Part shown: positions 9,369 to 18,559 of the stretch, piece by piece | Layout: each line of letters starts with the position of its first letter | Numbering within the stretch: the stretch's first letter is position 1 | Origin: Candidatus Wildermuthbacteria bacterium RIFCSPHIGHO2_02_FULL_45_25 | Lineage (GTDB): Bacteria > Patescibacteriota > Minisyncoccia > Minisyncoccales > UBA10102 | Length of the DNA: 54,491 nucleotides | Assembly (NCBI GenBank): GCA_001823215.1 | Contig: MHTV01000042.1 | Location: 1 to 54,491 of the forward strand | Reading direction: 5' to 3' | Translations under genes and position numbers: made by a program | The notes under the pieces: generated by a model | Database searches by the model: none | What the model was told of the DNA's origin: nothing | What the model saw: the letters and a program-made list of their open reading frames with translations, nothing else

Positions 9369-11051
9369 TCACTTCTTTTTTCCGCGTGTCCAAAAATACA
9401 ACCGAGCCAAGCGAAGATCATCATACGACATTCTTATCCCATGCTCTGCGAGATACTGGCGCACCGGCGCCAATTTCTCAAATGTATGCTCCCCCGCCGC
9501 TTTTTCTAAAACAGAAAGAACGCGTTTTTCCGGGGCAAGATTGTCAAACTCCAGACGCATTCCTTCTTGAAGCAACTGCTCTGCGTGATGAATAATAGTC
9601 GAAAGCGTAAGATTTCTTTCTTCCGCAGCTTGTTCCAGCGAAACGCCGTTTTCCAAAAGCTTTCTTGTCGCTTCAAGGGTGGATACACGCGGCTTTTTTG
9701 CAGACCGGCGTTCCTTGTGCCGCTTTTTGGGCTCAACCGAACCCCCTGCCGAATGAATGAATAATTCGTGCCTCTCTTGAATTCCCTTTTTTCCAACTTG
9801 GAGAAGCCGTTCTTGCGCGAGGGAAGATCTCTTTCGGAACAAAACATCCACAGCCGCAACCCGGTCATCCACCATAAGCGCCATATCATTCAATCCGCGC
9901 AGATATAATCCATCCAGAGACCGAACGCGCGAAAGCGCAACATATCCTTGTCCGGGGACAAAACATTGAGAAAGATCGGTTTCTGCTTCATCGAGCGTCA
10001 TCCCCTGGCTTTTGTGCACCGTAATTGCCCATGCCATACGAAGCGGCACTTGCGTGATTTCAGCCAGCACTTTCCCGTCTTCTTCGCGTTTCCAACTCGC
10101 GGGGGTCGCAACAACTGTTTTTCCCTCGCGTGTTTTCACAAGCACGCCTCTCGATTCAAACCCGATCACTTTGCCCCGAGTTCCATTGACGTACTGCCCG
10201 CCCGGCTCATTCTTTACAAACATTACTTCCGCTCCTACTTTCAACCGCAGGATTTCGGGCGCCAAACACCCCCGCGTCAGCGATTCTACATATTGATCTT
10301 TGCCTGCTGTTTGCATTGCAAACGATTTTTCTTCCCCTTGCAATATTGCCAGCCGCTCTTCATTGATGGCATCCACATCCCGATTATGGGTGTACAAACG
10401 CGTAATATGTTCCTCATCTTTGGGACGCACGTGCAATCTCGCTTCAAGGAAGCGATATTCTTCATCCGCCATGCGCTGATTGCGAATTGCAGAAAGAATC
10501 CTCAAAAAATCCTTGTCTCCCTGCCGATGCTGCTCGTTCAAATAGCAAACAAGCAGGTTCATTTCGCGCCATCCTTTCGATTGAAACGCGTAACTTCTGG
10601 GAAGCTCCTCTTTCGCAACAGGCGGCAGCTGAAAAAAATCCCCCGAACACACCACTTGCATTCCGCCGAATGGCATATCTTTACGCTTGATATGGCGAGT
10701 TACCTGATCCACCATATCGAAAAATTCCCCTGAAAGCATTGAAATCTCATCAATGATAAGCACCCTCGCTTCGTGTAAACGTTCCCAGAGAGATTTTTTC
10801 TGTTCCATGCGCTCCAAATCAAAGGGCAATATCTTCTCTCGCACGCCAATACCAGACCACGAATGAATAGTTGTTCCCCCCAAATGAGTCGCCGCAATTC
10901 CCGTAGAAGCGGTTACCGATGGCATAATTTCATGCTGGCAAAGCCACTCAATATATTGATTGAGCACATAGGTTTTTCCCGAGCCGGCTTCTCCCGTAAG
11001 ATACACGCTGTGCCCCATCTTCAAAATATCCAATGCTTCTTGCTGGGTCAT
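9369..11051 (-). CDS. Pif1/RecD-like ATP-dependent DNA helicase with C-terminal HTH domain
   Basis: Walker A GEAGSGKTY, Walker B LIIDEISM, and SF1B motifs (QLPPV, VHKSQG, YVALSR). The C-terminal roughly 90 aa is helicase-HTH-like. Confidence 0.9.
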   Translation of the reverse strand: MTQQEALDILKMGHSVYLTGEAGSGKTYVLNQYIEWLCQHEIMPSVTASTGIAATHLGGTTIHSWSGIGVREKILPFDLERMEQKKSLWERLHEARVLIIDEISMLSGEFFDMVDQVTRHIKRKDMPFGGMQVVCSGDFFQLPPVAKEELPRSYAFQSKGWREMNLLVCYLNEQHRQGDKDFLRILSAIRNQRMADEEYRFLEARLHVRPKDEEHITRLYTHNRDVDAINEERLAILQGEEKSFAMQTAGKDQYVESLTRGCLAPEILRLKVGAEVMFVKNEPGGQYVNGTRGKVIGFESRGVLVKTREGKTVVATPASWKREEDGKVLAEITQVPLRMAWAITVHKSQGMTLDEAETDLSQCFVPGQGYVALSRVRSLDGLYLRGLNDMALMVDDRVAAVDVLFRKRSSLAQERLLQVGKKGIQERHELFIHSAGGSVEPKKRHKERRSAKKPRVSTLEATRKLLENGVSLEQAAEERNLTLSTIIHHAEQLLQEGMRLEFDNLAPEKRVLSVLEKAAGEHTFEKLAPVRQYLAEHGIRMSYDDLRLARLYFWTRGKKK

Positions 11052-11145
11052 AGAGATATTGTAACCACAATCAATGCATAATGCGAATGTTCAAAACAAT
11101 TTTCGACAAATTCATGTTCTCATCGAGATATCTCGATAAAAACAA

Positions 11146-11706
11146 TCACACCTCGTGATAACGAAAACAGGAAACGAGATGATCATTCACCAATCCGGCT
11201 CCCTGCATAAACGCATAGCAAATAGTCGTTCCGAAGAATCGGAATCCCCGCTTCTTCAAATCTTTGCTTATGGCATCTGAATCTGCGGTGCTGCTTGGGA
11301 TATTGCTCTCTTGTTCCCAGAGATTTTTCTTAGTTTGATTGCTCATCCAATTCCACAAATATACACCAAAACTCCCAAATTCTTTTTGGATATTCAAAAA
11401 TACGTTTGCGTTTTGCGTAGTTGCCTCGATTTTTCCCCGATGCCGAATAATTCCGCTGTCTTGCAGTAATTTTTCCACCTTTGCGTTCTGATAATTCGCG
11501 ATTTTTTGCACATCAAAATCGTCAAAGGATGTACGGAAATTTTCTCGTTTTCGGAGAATCGTTGCCCAACTCAATCCTGCCTGAAAAGAATCCAATAACA
11601 CATATTCAAAAAGCGCCGAATCCTTATGGCACGGAACACCCCATTCGGTATCATGGTATGTTTGCATCTGCGTATTCACGTTTGCCCATGGGCACCTTGT
11701 TCTCAT
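11146..11706 (-). CDS. tag: DNA-3-methyladenine glycosylase I
   Basis: RCPWA...YHDTEWGVP...LFEYVLLDSFQAGLSWATILRKRENFR matches the Tag signature along its length. Confidence 0.93.
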   Translation of the reverse strand: MRTRCPWANVNTQMQTYHDTEWGVPCHKDSALFEYVLLDSFQAGLSWATILRKRENFRTSFDDFDVQKIANYQNAKVEKLLQDSGIIRHRGKIEATTQNANVFLNIQKEFGSFGVYLWNWMSNQTKKNLWEQESNIPSSTADSDAISKDLKKRGFRFFGTTICYAFMQGAGLVNDHLVSCFRYHEV

Positions 11707-12317
11707 TTGCCTCCTGCGCTCAACACCATAAAGGAATCGAGCATTTCCTTCACAATTGCGGCGAATCCTTGATTCATTGGGTCTTCGCTCGTATAAGAAA
11801 CACGGATCAGTTCGCCTTCCTGCGGGGAGATAGCAATCAAATGCAACCCATCCACTCCATACTCGTATCCGCTATACCCTCCCAATATCACAGAATGAAG
11901 CTGCTCGATAATTTCCTCATCATTGCTTTGGCGCCGAGCTACCTCTGCCCTCATAAATTTCTCAACTGTTTCTCCGCTCACGAGCCTTTCCCGTTCTACG
12001 CTTAAAGAGATACCGTCAGACAACATCCTATCCTTGTTTTGCGAAGGCCCGGATTGAGAAAACGTTACCACTTCACCGTTTTGAATAACCTCCATTCCCG
12101 AGGGATACCTCATCGAAAACCCTATATCCTCATTTGAATACAGTTTCCAGCTTATAGATGGCGTAGGACTTGCGCTGGAAGTTGCTTTGCTCGTGGGACT
12201 TGCTGTTCCTTGCGCCATCTTATCTGTATCCCCCGCGCGCTGGAACAAAAGCCACGCGCCAAGCCCTAATCCAGCTACAATCAGAAGCCCTATTCCTGCC
12301 AATATATTGTTTTTCAT
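11703..12317 (-). CDS. signal-anchored secreted hypothetical protein
   Basis: 204 aa with an N-terminal TM and an S/T/P linker. WKLYSNEDIGFSMRYPSGM is the same module as in ORF 295-1296. There is a 4-nt overlap with tag. Confidence 0.65.
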   Translation of the reverse strand: MKNNILAGIGLLIVAGLGLGAWLLFQRAGDTDKMAQGTASPTSKATSSASPTPSISWKLYSNEDIGFSMRYPSGMEVIQNGEVVTFSQSGPSQNKDRMLSDGISLSVERERLVSGETVEKFMRAEVARRQSNDEEIIEQLHSVILGGYSGYEYGVDGLHLIAISPQEGELIRVSYTSEDPMNQGFAAIVKEMLDSFMVLSAGGK

Positions 12318-12353
12318 GGATAAAAATAAACTTCTTACATTTGTATTATACTC

Positions 12354-12632
12354 CTAACAAAAAGAAAAAGGCAGAGATTGACTATAACCAATCCTTGGGA
12401 TGGTCATTATCCACACGGGTGCCATAACATCATCGCTCAGCTTAGCACGGACCCGCTGGACATATTTGCGGATACTCGTCGGGAGGTCAACTGCCGGATA
12501 GTCCTCCCATACAGCCGCCTCCAACATTCGATGTGTTACAACGCTTCCACACCCCGCAACCAGTCTTTTGAATATCCGGAATTCTGTGGGAGTAAGATGT
12601 TCACTTGCGACTGTGGATTCCCCCCTAGGCAC
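12354..12632 (-). CDS. stand-alone OmpR/PhoB-type winged-helix DNA-binding protein
   Basis: LTPTEFRIFKRLV...LEAAVW...IRKYVQRVRAKL...IPRIGY is a Trans_reg_C pattern with no receiver domain. GTG start at 12632. Confidence 0.6.
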   Translation of the reverse strand: MPRGESTVASEHLTPTEFRIFKRLVAGCGSVVTHRMLEAAVWEDYPAVDLPTSIRKYVQRVRAKLSDDVMAPVWIMTIPRIGYSQSLPFSFC

Positions 12633-12798
12633 ACGTTGAGCAATCTCTCAATATCCGATGTACCGAATTTGACACAGAGGATATCAACTGCTTGTGCTTG
12701 TAGCATGGCCTCTCCTTTTGACCAGTTCCCTTCAAGGGTACCACTATTGTATCCGAGCTATGCGCATTGTCAACAACAATACATAAAAAATATATTGG

Positions 12799-13257
12799 CT
12801 ATCCCCCGTTTGTGTGTTGCGCGCGTTTCCAAAACATATACCACAAGCTAGCGGCCACACCGCCAGAAAGCCCATTGACCAGATCAAACATCGTGTCAAA
12901 GTGATCTCCTTGCAGCATCAAACCAGTGATCTCACTAACGGCAAATTCAAGAAGTTCCCACGCCGCGGCAGCGCATCCAACCATCGCAATAATGAGAAAG
13001 AGCCAAATCTGCCAAGGCAACGTACTTACAAATTCCCTCCTTCTCAACACATCGAGAAATGCTTTTCCTGCCATCGCAATACTGGCGCCGCCGAAAAAAT
13101 GCATCGGAATATCAACCGAAGGCCATGCGTGATACAAATCAATGCCAGGCAAGCTTATCACCGCATGAATCGCAAAAAGCGCAAACGGCGCTTTGAAAAT
13201 CAAAATCCATTCACTAAAATTGATTTTGCTTTCTTTCAAAAGGTAAAGATGAGACAT
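12799..13257 (-). CDS. integral membrane protein, unknown family
   Basis: About four hydrophobic helices. I prefer the start MSHLYLL at 13257, because the longer ORF would overlap hicA by 44 nt. Confidence 0.55.
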   Translation of the reverse strand: MSHLYLLKESKINFSEWILIFKAPFALFAIHAVISLPGIDLYHAWPSVDIPMHFFGGASIAMAGKAFLDVLRRREFVSTLPWQIWLFLIIAMVGCAAAAWELLEFAVSEITGLMLQGDHFDTMFDLVNGLSGGVAASLWYMFWKRAQHTNGG

Positions 13258-13258
13258 T

Positions 13259-13480
13259 TTATTTCTCCAGCCATTCTTCTTTCGGAATCCCAGATTGCGC
13301 AATGATTCCCTTTAAAGTCCTTGGTTTTAATGACCTTCCGTGGTGAAGAGGAATTGTTACTTGATGAAACTTTCCCTTATATGCCCCCGCATAATAAAAA
13401 TGGCTCCCGCGCGAGTGCGTGTACTGAAAGCCATATTCTTTGAGAAATCGCATTACATCTTCCGAAGTCCAATTATGCAA
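13259..13480 (-). CDS. hicA: HicA-family toxin (mRNA interferase)
   Basis: 73 aa. The pattern DVMRFLKEYGFQYTHSRGSHFYY...VTIPLHHG is typical of YcfA/HicA. It lies immediately downstream of a HicB-like gene. Confidence 0.85.
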   Translation of the reverse strand: MHNWTSEDVMRFLKEYGFQYTHSRGSHFYYAGAYKGKFHQVTIPLHHGRSLKPRTLKGIIAQSGIPKEEWLEK

Positions 13481-13495
13481 TCCTCTTGGTATACC

Positions 13496-13831
13496 CTACA
13501 CAAAGGCAAAATCCGATGAATTTTTTGATGTATTCAGTTGACCGCTTGTATATACCGGATATTTTGTTCTCTTTTTCTCTTGCGCCGCCCGCCAGATTTT
13601 TTCATATTCTTCGTCAATTTTTTGATTCAAAATTGCAGGTCTTGCTTTCATTTTCCGTGCGGCTTCCACATACCCTTGAATTGCCTCAAAAAGTAGCAAC
13701 AAAGCTTCACGAGGCGTATCTCCTTCTTCCACGATATTAAATTCAAGTCCTACCGCATACCATGTTTCCCTCTCGCGAAACACAATATACCGAACAGCTC
13801 CCTTTTGAAGGGTATTGCTATATTTTACCAT
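13496..13831 (-). CDS. hicB: HicB-like antitoxin
   Basis: 111 aa with an N-terminal HicB-type fold pattern (YIVFRERETWYAVGLEFNIVEEGDTPREAL). It is paired with hicA 15 nt downstream. Confidence 0.7.
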   Translation of the reverse strand: MVKYSNTLQKGAVRYIVFRERETWYAVGLEFNIVEEGDTPREALLLLFEAIQGYVEAARKMKARPAILNQKIDEEYEKIWRAAQEKKRTKYPVYTSGQLNTSKNSSDFAFV

Positions 13832-13889
13832 ACCTTAAATCTAGCATATTTCTTTTCTCCTATCAATTCGTACTTTGTGTATGGAAACA

Positions 13890-13925
13890 AAGAGAACCGT
13901 CAGCCCAAGGCCAGCGGTTCTCTTC
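13890..13925 (-). terminator. terminator of the VOC gene
   Basis: aagagaaccg-N16-cggttctctt stem, followed on the minus strand by tgtttcc. Confidence 0.5.
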
Positions 13926-13938
13926 TCTCACGCTCTGA

Positions 13939-14301
13939 TTACTCCATTGGCGAGCCAAGCTGAAAATAGTTTCCGTCGGGATCCGCGAACGTGGCGAGCG
14001 TCATTTCCTTTGCTTCCTCGGGATGATAGGGTTCGGCAACCACTTGCGCGCCCAATCCTTTGATTCGTTCAAATTCTTTCTCGACATCCTGCGTTTCAAA
14101 GTTGAATATAAGTCGCTCCGGATTTGCATTCTTCCCTTTTACTTTATCATGCGGGCCGATGATCAACATGCCAGACCCCGCTCTAAATCCTACGAAATCT
14201 CCTCCCTCCCATTCTGATTTTACCTCTAAGCATTTTCCATAAAACTCGGCCAATGCTTTTGGATTTTCAGACGAAAGTAACAATGAGTTGAGTTGAAGCA
14301 T
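13939..14301 (-). CDS. VOC (glyoxalase/bleomycin-resistance) family protein
   Basis: 120 aa with a beta-alpha-beta-beta-beta pattern and a C-terminal FADPDGNYFQL motif typical of VOC proteins. Confidence 0.8.
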   Translation of the reverse strand: MLQLNSLLLSSENPKALAEFYGKCLEVKSEWEGGDFVGFRAGSGMLIIGPHDKVKGKNANPERLIFNFETQDVEKEFERIKGLGAQVVAEPYHPEEAKEMTLATFADPDGNYFQLGSPME

Positions 14302-14377
14302 AGGAGAAATGTATATTATGTTTCTTTAGACCTTTATCTTCATGCTAGCAGAAATTTCTCTATTTGCCGATGGCAAC

Positions 14378-15100
14378 TTATACTCCACTACTTCGGGAAT
14401 TGAGAAAGGTCAAATCCTTCTCGTATTGCAAAATTGCCTTTGCTTCAAGCCGAACTAATTCGGCAAAAGAAGTTTTTGGATGCTTTTTCATGTAGTGTTC
14501 CACAAGCATATATCCTAAACGATAGCCAATCCAACGTGGCAATTTTCCAACTCCATAAAACCATTCTTGGTGATCTTCGTATGTATAATCCTTCTTGACC
14601 ATCATTCTCTTTGCCTTCTGCAAATACTTCATTTCATCTGCAATAGGGTTTGTGTATGGCGTTTTCCCGCCCATCTTTTTCTCAACATACGAAGCAATAC
14701 CTTCAGATACCATATCCTCAAACAAATCCACCATAGTATTTCCAAACAAATCCGCGCGTACGATATGGGAAAATTCATGAAAGAGAGTTGCCTTAAATTC
14801 TTTTTCAATAATTTTCTCAATATCCCGCCGTGAGAAATCAAACATACATATCATAAATTCCTCACGGCTTGCATACGCCGCCATCCCCAATTCCGGTATG
14901 ACAAACTGCGCACTCGTAGAAAAAATTACCAAGTCCACCGGCTTTTGAAAATCAAAAATCTCGCTCGCTTCATCAAGCGTCTCTTTTGCGATGTTCGCTA
15001 TTTCAGCTCTGCACTCCTCTGGTATTTTCACCAAATGCACATTTCCCTCTTTGCACTGTTTGTTTGCTTTGGCCATATCCCTTTCTCTATCACTTCTCAC
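14378..15100 (-). CDS. predicted Zn-dependent protease (DUF2268-like)
   Basis: HEFSH zincin motif in a roughly 240-aa soluble protein. It starts 21 nt after the res stop with no intervening terminator. An alternative start is at 15076. Confidence 0.6.
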   Translation of the reverse strand: MRSDRERDMAKANKQCKEGNVHLVKIPEECRAEIANIAKETLDEASEIFDFQKPVDLVIFSTSAQFVIPELGMAAYASREEFMICMFDFSRRDIEKIIEKEFKATLFHEFSHIVRADLFGNTMVDLFEDMVSEGIASYVEKKMGGKTPYTNPIADEMKYLQKAKRMMVKKDYTYEDHQEWFYGVGKLPRWIGYRLGYMLVEHYMKKHPKTSFAELVRLEAKAILQYEKDLTFLNSRSSGV

Positions 15101-15121
15101 AAGATCAAACCCGCAATATGT

Positions 15122-17800
15122 CTAATAACTGAACAATCTTACAGCTTCCATAAAGTCCCCTGGCTTATATCTCTCCCACTCCTCTTGTTTAACATACAGA
15201 GCTTTATACGCTATCCTCCTTTGCCTATTGCTTGCATCCGCGCACCATTGTTTTAACCGCTCTATTTTTAAAGGATCGTCTACATCCTCTCGCCCCTTTG
15301 TTTCAATAATAAAGATTGTATTCTCGTCTGCCTTCGCAAAGAAGTCGGGAATATAGCGCGCAATTGCCCCGCTCACATTTTTATAGTCAATCCTGAAATT
15401 TATTTCATTATAATTTTTTGCAAAAGAAATAATATCATTGCAATCCTCCAGAAAATCTGCAAACTCAAGCTCAAAATCGTTATCGCCGACAATCTTGTTG
15501 AACACGCTCTTTTTGGGTAGAAAATACTTTCTGTCGTTCACCACAAACGGCCTGCTGTCGCTCACCTTAATGTAATTCTTTACTTCCGCATCCCCGATAT
15601 CTTTCACCGTTAGATTGTTAATCTCCTTTTTAAATGTCTCGATTATCGTTTTTATAACTTCAGTTTCCGAGAAGTTTTGTAATATATTTCTATCCTCCAG
15701 ATTAACAGGAATTTCAAAAAGATAATCGCGGGCAAATTCTTTCATCTTGCCAAATAAGAGATCATAGCAACCAAATAATCGCAATTCTTTCATTACACGC
15801 TGAACAAACCATCCAAGCGCACTTTGATAATTCGGTTCAATAACTGATTCAAGTATTGTGCGATGATGTTCTTCATCTTCCACTACAGTTCTAAATACAA
15901 TCTCTTTTTTCTCTTCATCGCTAAACTCTTTGATCTTTATCTTTTTATGTCCAAATTTTGATATATCCAATTCGCCAAGATTTTTGTATTCCCTTTGAAT
16001 CCGCGGAGTCAGAATAGGTAGCTCAATATCCAAAGTCGGAATATCTTTCTTCTCATTCTCATTATCAACTTCAATAACTATAGGAGTTATTGGACCTACT
16101 CCAGTACCCATTTTCCGTTTCTCTAATTCAACCCCTTCCGCTTTGATAGATTCCACAAACTCCATAAACGCTGGCGTTCCAATAACGCTTACATATTCTT
16201 CAACATCTTCTCTTCCAAAAAACATCCTCCTTAATCCCCTTCCAAGTGTTTGCTCCGGCAAGATATTTGATTTCGCAGAAAACGCCCGAAGCCCTACAAT
16301 TGTCGTAACATTTTTCACATCCCAACCTTCTTTCAGCATCAAGACTGAAACAATTACCTTAAAAGGGCTTCCCATGCTATCAATTTCGTTCGCTTGCTTT
16401 CGAAGTTTGCGTAGTTCTTCTTCATCTTTCCCCTTTGTTGTTTCTGAAATTTCCCCGCTCTTGTTTGTATGAATAGTCAAAATAGCTCCTTTCAAATCAA
16501 GGTAGGTATTTTCTAAATAGGCGGCCACATCATCACAGTTCACCGTGTCGTCTGTCATAACAAACAAAATTGATTTTTTCCCCGTTGGCTCCAGCTCTTT
16601 ATTCGCCTTTCTCCACTCCTCAACACCAAGCCGAATAAAGTCTTCATACCGCTCTGCGAATAGAGAGCTCTGTTTTTCTACCAACTTTGCTCGGCTTGCC
16701 TGATCGGGAAGCACTGGATTTTTGACAACTCGCTGATGAATTGCTTCCACCAAAGGATAATCAGAAACTGTTTGCACAAAAATAGCTCCTTTCTCATCTT
16801 TTGGAGTTGCGGTTGCATCAATTTGTAACGCAAGCCGCTTCCCTTTCTGCAAAAGCTTGTTATGGATATCTTCAATAGACTTAGACCATGCCAATTTTTC
16901 ATGATGAATATGATGCGCCTCGTCATTTATCACAATCAGCTCATCAATATCCCGAACAATCTCTCCAAGATCAACGCGCGATTGATTTGTTTTTGCTGCT
17001 GGTTTGGCGCCCAGGAAATAATCCGAAGTATCTTCATCTTCAAAACTCGCTTCTTTTACATCACCCTCAAAAACCCGATGGATGTTCGTTAGAAATACAT
17101 TTCCTGTGCTGGATATAGCTCTCACTTCATCCTGTAAATGAAGTGTTATCTGAAAATCATCTTGCCAATTTTGCCCCTCGTATCCATTTTCCGGTAAAAC
17201 AGGATCCTCATAAAATATTTTTAATCCTTCGAAATCAATTTTGATCCGCTCCAAAACAATGATGTTTGGAGTTATTAAGAGAAAATTGCGGGCAAGGCCA
17301 GAATCCTTTTCATACATTTTGTGAAAATATGCCCACGCAAGAAGCAAGCTCATCACCTTTGTCTTCCCGCTTCCCGTTGCCATCTTCACCACAAACCGTA
17401 GCCAATCTTCCCGAAACATATTGGGGCTTACTCGTCCAAGTTTGTCGTATTTGAGCAAATCATATTTGCTCTCAACTTTAGCAACGTCATACAGCCAGAT
17501 GATGGTTTCTACCGCCTCTCTTTGAGCAAAATAATATCGGAACGGTACGGCAATACCTTTGGAATCAAAAGTTGTATGCGCCGTCTTAAACCACCAGTTG
17601 AGCAATGCTTTGCTTGTAGCACTCGCACTCTCATAGTTATTCTCCCTCCACTTCTTCACCTCTTCCCTCAACATTGGCACAAAGGGCGGCAACAGTTTTT
17701 CATACCCTTGCTCCCGCAAATCCTCATCAGCAGGAAACCACCGAATACTCGGGTCTAAGATTTTGTATGGGTCTCTTGGAAAGTTTTTGTGAAGCGCCAT
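15122..17800 (-). CDS. res: type III restriction enzyme, Res subunit (SF2 helicase + PD-(D/E)xK nuclease)
   Basis: Motif I ATGSGKTKVM, motif II DEAHH, helicase C-domain motifs, and a C-terminal nuclease motif (YIPDF...IIETKG). Confidence 0.9.
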   Translation of the reverse strand: MALHKNFPRDPYKILDPSIRWFPADEDLREQGYEKLLPPFVPMLREEVKKWRENNYESASATSKALLNWWFKTAHTTFDSKGIAVPFRYYFAQREAVETIIWLYDVAKVESKYDLLKYDKLGRVSPNMFREDWLRFVVKMATGSGKTKVMSLLLAWAYFHKMYEKDSGLARNFLLITPNIIVLERIKIDFEGLKIFYEDPVLPENGYEGQNWQDDFQITLHLQDEVRAISSTGNVFLTNIHRVFEGDVKEASFEDEDTSDYFLGAKPAAKTNQSRVDLGEIVRDIDELIVINDEAHHIHHEKLAWSKSIEDIHNKLLQKGKRLALQIDATATPKDEKGAIFVQTVSDYPLVEAIHQRVVKNPVLPDQASRAKLVEKQSSLFAERYEDFIRLGVEEWRKANKELEPTGKKSILFVMTDDTVNCDDVAAYLENTYLDLKGAILTIHTNKSGEISETTKGKDEEELRKLRKQANEIDSMGSPFKVIVSVLMLKEGWDVKNVTTIVGLRAFSAKSNILPEQTLGRGLRRMFFGREDVEEYVSVIGTPAFMEFVESIKAEGVELEKRKMGTGVGPITPIVIEVDNENEKKDIPTLDIELPILTPRIQREYKNLGELDISKFGHKKIKIKEFSDEEKKEIVFRTVVEDEEHHRTILESVIEPNYQSALGWFVQRVMKELRLFGCYDLLFGKMKEFARDYLFEIPVNLEDRNILQNFSETEVIKTIIETFKKEINNLTVKDIGDAEVKNYIKVSDSRPFVVNDRKYFLPKKSVFNKIVGDNDFELEFADFLEDCNDIISFAKNYNEINFRIDYKNVSGAIARYIPDFFAKADENTIFIIETKGREDVDDPLKIERLKQWCADASNRQRRIAYKALYVKQEEWERYKPGDFMEAVRLFSY

Positions 17801-17940
17801 ATTGTAATGTGAATAACTAGCTATTGACGGTATCTAACTCAACTGCTACCATACAAATGGAATTGACACCGTCTCGAACTGTCGCAATCCAATGCGGCGT
17901 TCCCGCAAGGGATAGAGCCGGTGTTTTGTTTTTACTCTTC

Positions 17941-18555
17941 TTACGGCCATACCTGCACTTTAAATTCATGCGGCTTAATAATCCTTCGGTATATATCTTT
18001 ATCTCCTTTTCCCGTAAAACTGCGATGCACAGATCCTGCGATCATATCTACAAGCTGGATAAGATTGTTTGAATGCGAGGATTGTATCTTAACTTTTTTA
18101 ATTAACCCATCTGTTTTCTTGCGCAGATATACTTGCAACTCGTGCTTAAACTCGCGCGATCCGCTACCATCAATAACAACCGTAGCATTGCGTAAATGCG
18201 GTTTTGCATTTTCAAACACAAGAAAACAAGCATACTTATAAAAAGATTCCTTGACAATAAATCCGTCTCCATAAAGTTTCTTGGGATCTTTATTGATGAC
18301 TACGCTAAAATATCCAAAAGAATATGGCAACACGGCCTTCAGAAATGCTTCTCGTTGTTCCCTCCGCATCTTGCGAAATTTAAACTCGTACCCATCTGGC
18401 ATACGCAGTTCTTTTTTCAACAACGAGATTCTTTGATCACAGGCAATCGCTTCGTCATTTTCTTCAAAAAATACCATAGAAACAACAAAATATCTGCTTG
18501 ACCCGCAATCAAGTTTTCTTCCGGTATCCCCTGATTCATCAATGAATACAAGCAT
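17941..18555 (-). CDS. DUF3800-family protein
   Basis: The N-terminal MLVFIDESGDTG signature and a length of about 200 aa are typical of DUF3800. There is a 4-nt gap from the upstream gene. Confidence 0.75.
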   Translation of the reverse strand: MLVFIDESGDTGRKLDCGSSRYFVVSMVFFEENDEAIACDQRISLLKKELRMPDGYEFKFRKMRREQREAFLKAVLPYSFGYFSVVINKDPKKLYGDGFIVKESFYKYACFLVFENAKPHLRNATVVIDGSGSREFKHELQVYLRKKTDGLIKKVKIQSSHSNNLIQLVDMIAGSVHRSFTGKGDKDIYRRIIKPHEFKVQVWP

Positions 18556-18559
18556 ACAA

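Noticed and set aside
9948-10733. 261-aa plus-strand ORF.
   Set aside because: It is antisense to the Pif1/RecD-like helicase, has biased composition (R, F, C, H) and no motifs.
17801-17940. GC-richer 140-nt spacer between the DUF3800 gene and res containing gttcgag. Checked as a possible tRNA or terminator.
   Set aside because: There is no acceptor or T-stem complementarity around the GTTCGAG, and no hairpin with a T-run. It is probably just an internal promoter or spacer.
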